From Octopus sinensis (Eukaryota): a stretch of DNA of 64,000 nt. The notes below the pieces were generated by a model. The model was not told where the DNA came from. It saw only the letters and a list, made by a program, of their open reading frames with translations, and searched no databases. Positions within the stretch are counted from its first letter, which is position 1. Every line of letters begins with the position of its first letter. The translations under genes and the position numbers were made by a program. The stretch covers positions 136,400,001 through 136,464,000 of the forward strand of contig NC_042997.1 in NCBI RefSeq assembly GCF_006345805.1. The letters are read 5' to 3'. This document shows positions 63,346 to 64,000 of the stretch, in pieces.

Positions 63346-63388
<43 letters not shown>

Positions 63389-63526
63389 TGTGTGAGAGTG
63401 CAGCGCATGGTATCAAAGTAACACTGGTGTACAAATATACGAAGCCCAATATACCTATCATGACTACCCCTCTGAAAGGGGTACACTAGACACATGCTTC
63501 ACAACCGTATGTCCGCGACATGGTGA

Positions 63527-63590
<64 letters not shown>

Positions 63591-63805
63591 GAGTAATCCC
63601 TCGCCATCGCGGTTCACCTATCGCAGTTTATTATTTAAGTTTACATCGATTCCTCTGTGGCGTCGTTTTGTATTTATAATAAAATAGATAAATACAAATT
63701 ATAAAAATAATTTTAAAATTATACAATACAGTACTGTTTCTGCTTCGCGGATTTTTATCTATCGCGTTTTGGATCGTAACACCAGCGATAGTCGAGGGAT
63801 TACTG
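63591..63805. mobile_element. Tigger/pogo-type MITE (215 bp)
   Basis: TIRs (g)agtaatccctcgccatcgc / gcgatagtcgagggattactg; TA after the right TIR; set within dinucleotide tracts. Confidence 0.75.
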
Positions 63806-63815
63806 TATGTTTATG

Positions 63816-63912
<97 letters not shown>

Positions 63913-64000
63913 ATACCACATGTGAATCGTTGGCGATTTTCTTCCTCCGTCTTCCCTTCTACTGGACTTCCCTCTGTTTGCGAAGAAGAGCGTCGGCTCG

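Overview
AT-rich, microsatellite-saturated eukaryotic DNA. The repeat families and (TA)n/(CA)n/(TATG)n/(TAGA)n density suggest a coleoid cephalopod such as Octopus (inference, no search run). The only clearly intact gene is a class A peptide GPCR (FMRFamide/RFamide-receptor-like) with an uninterrupted CDS at 42133-43239 (+). Three isolated minus-strand candidate exons (1-177, 12410-12542, 39240-39625) may belong to an unidentified host gene. The rest is mobile-element material: tRNA-derived SINEs of three to five types; LINE remnants (Tx1/L1, RTE, CR1-like, R4/Dong-like, Penelope-like); Tc1/mariner/pogo remnants and MITEs; a PIF1-helicase Helitron pseudogene and several non-autonomous Helitrons. 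Main observations from reading the sequence: (i) eight hand-folded type-I hammerhead-ribozyme-like motifs, two inside miniature inverted-tail elements and several with non-canonical cores (U3-A8, CUGUUGA); (ii) an end-to-end Tx1-like LINE inserted in the anticodon arm of a SINE head with a 9-bp TSD; (iii) a SINE and a CR1-like LINE sharing a 3' tail with compensatory stem changes; (iv) R4-like fragments associated with (TACA)n arrays. All folds and family assignments were made by eye and need computational confirmation. Most short ORFs in the supplied track are microsatellite artefacts.
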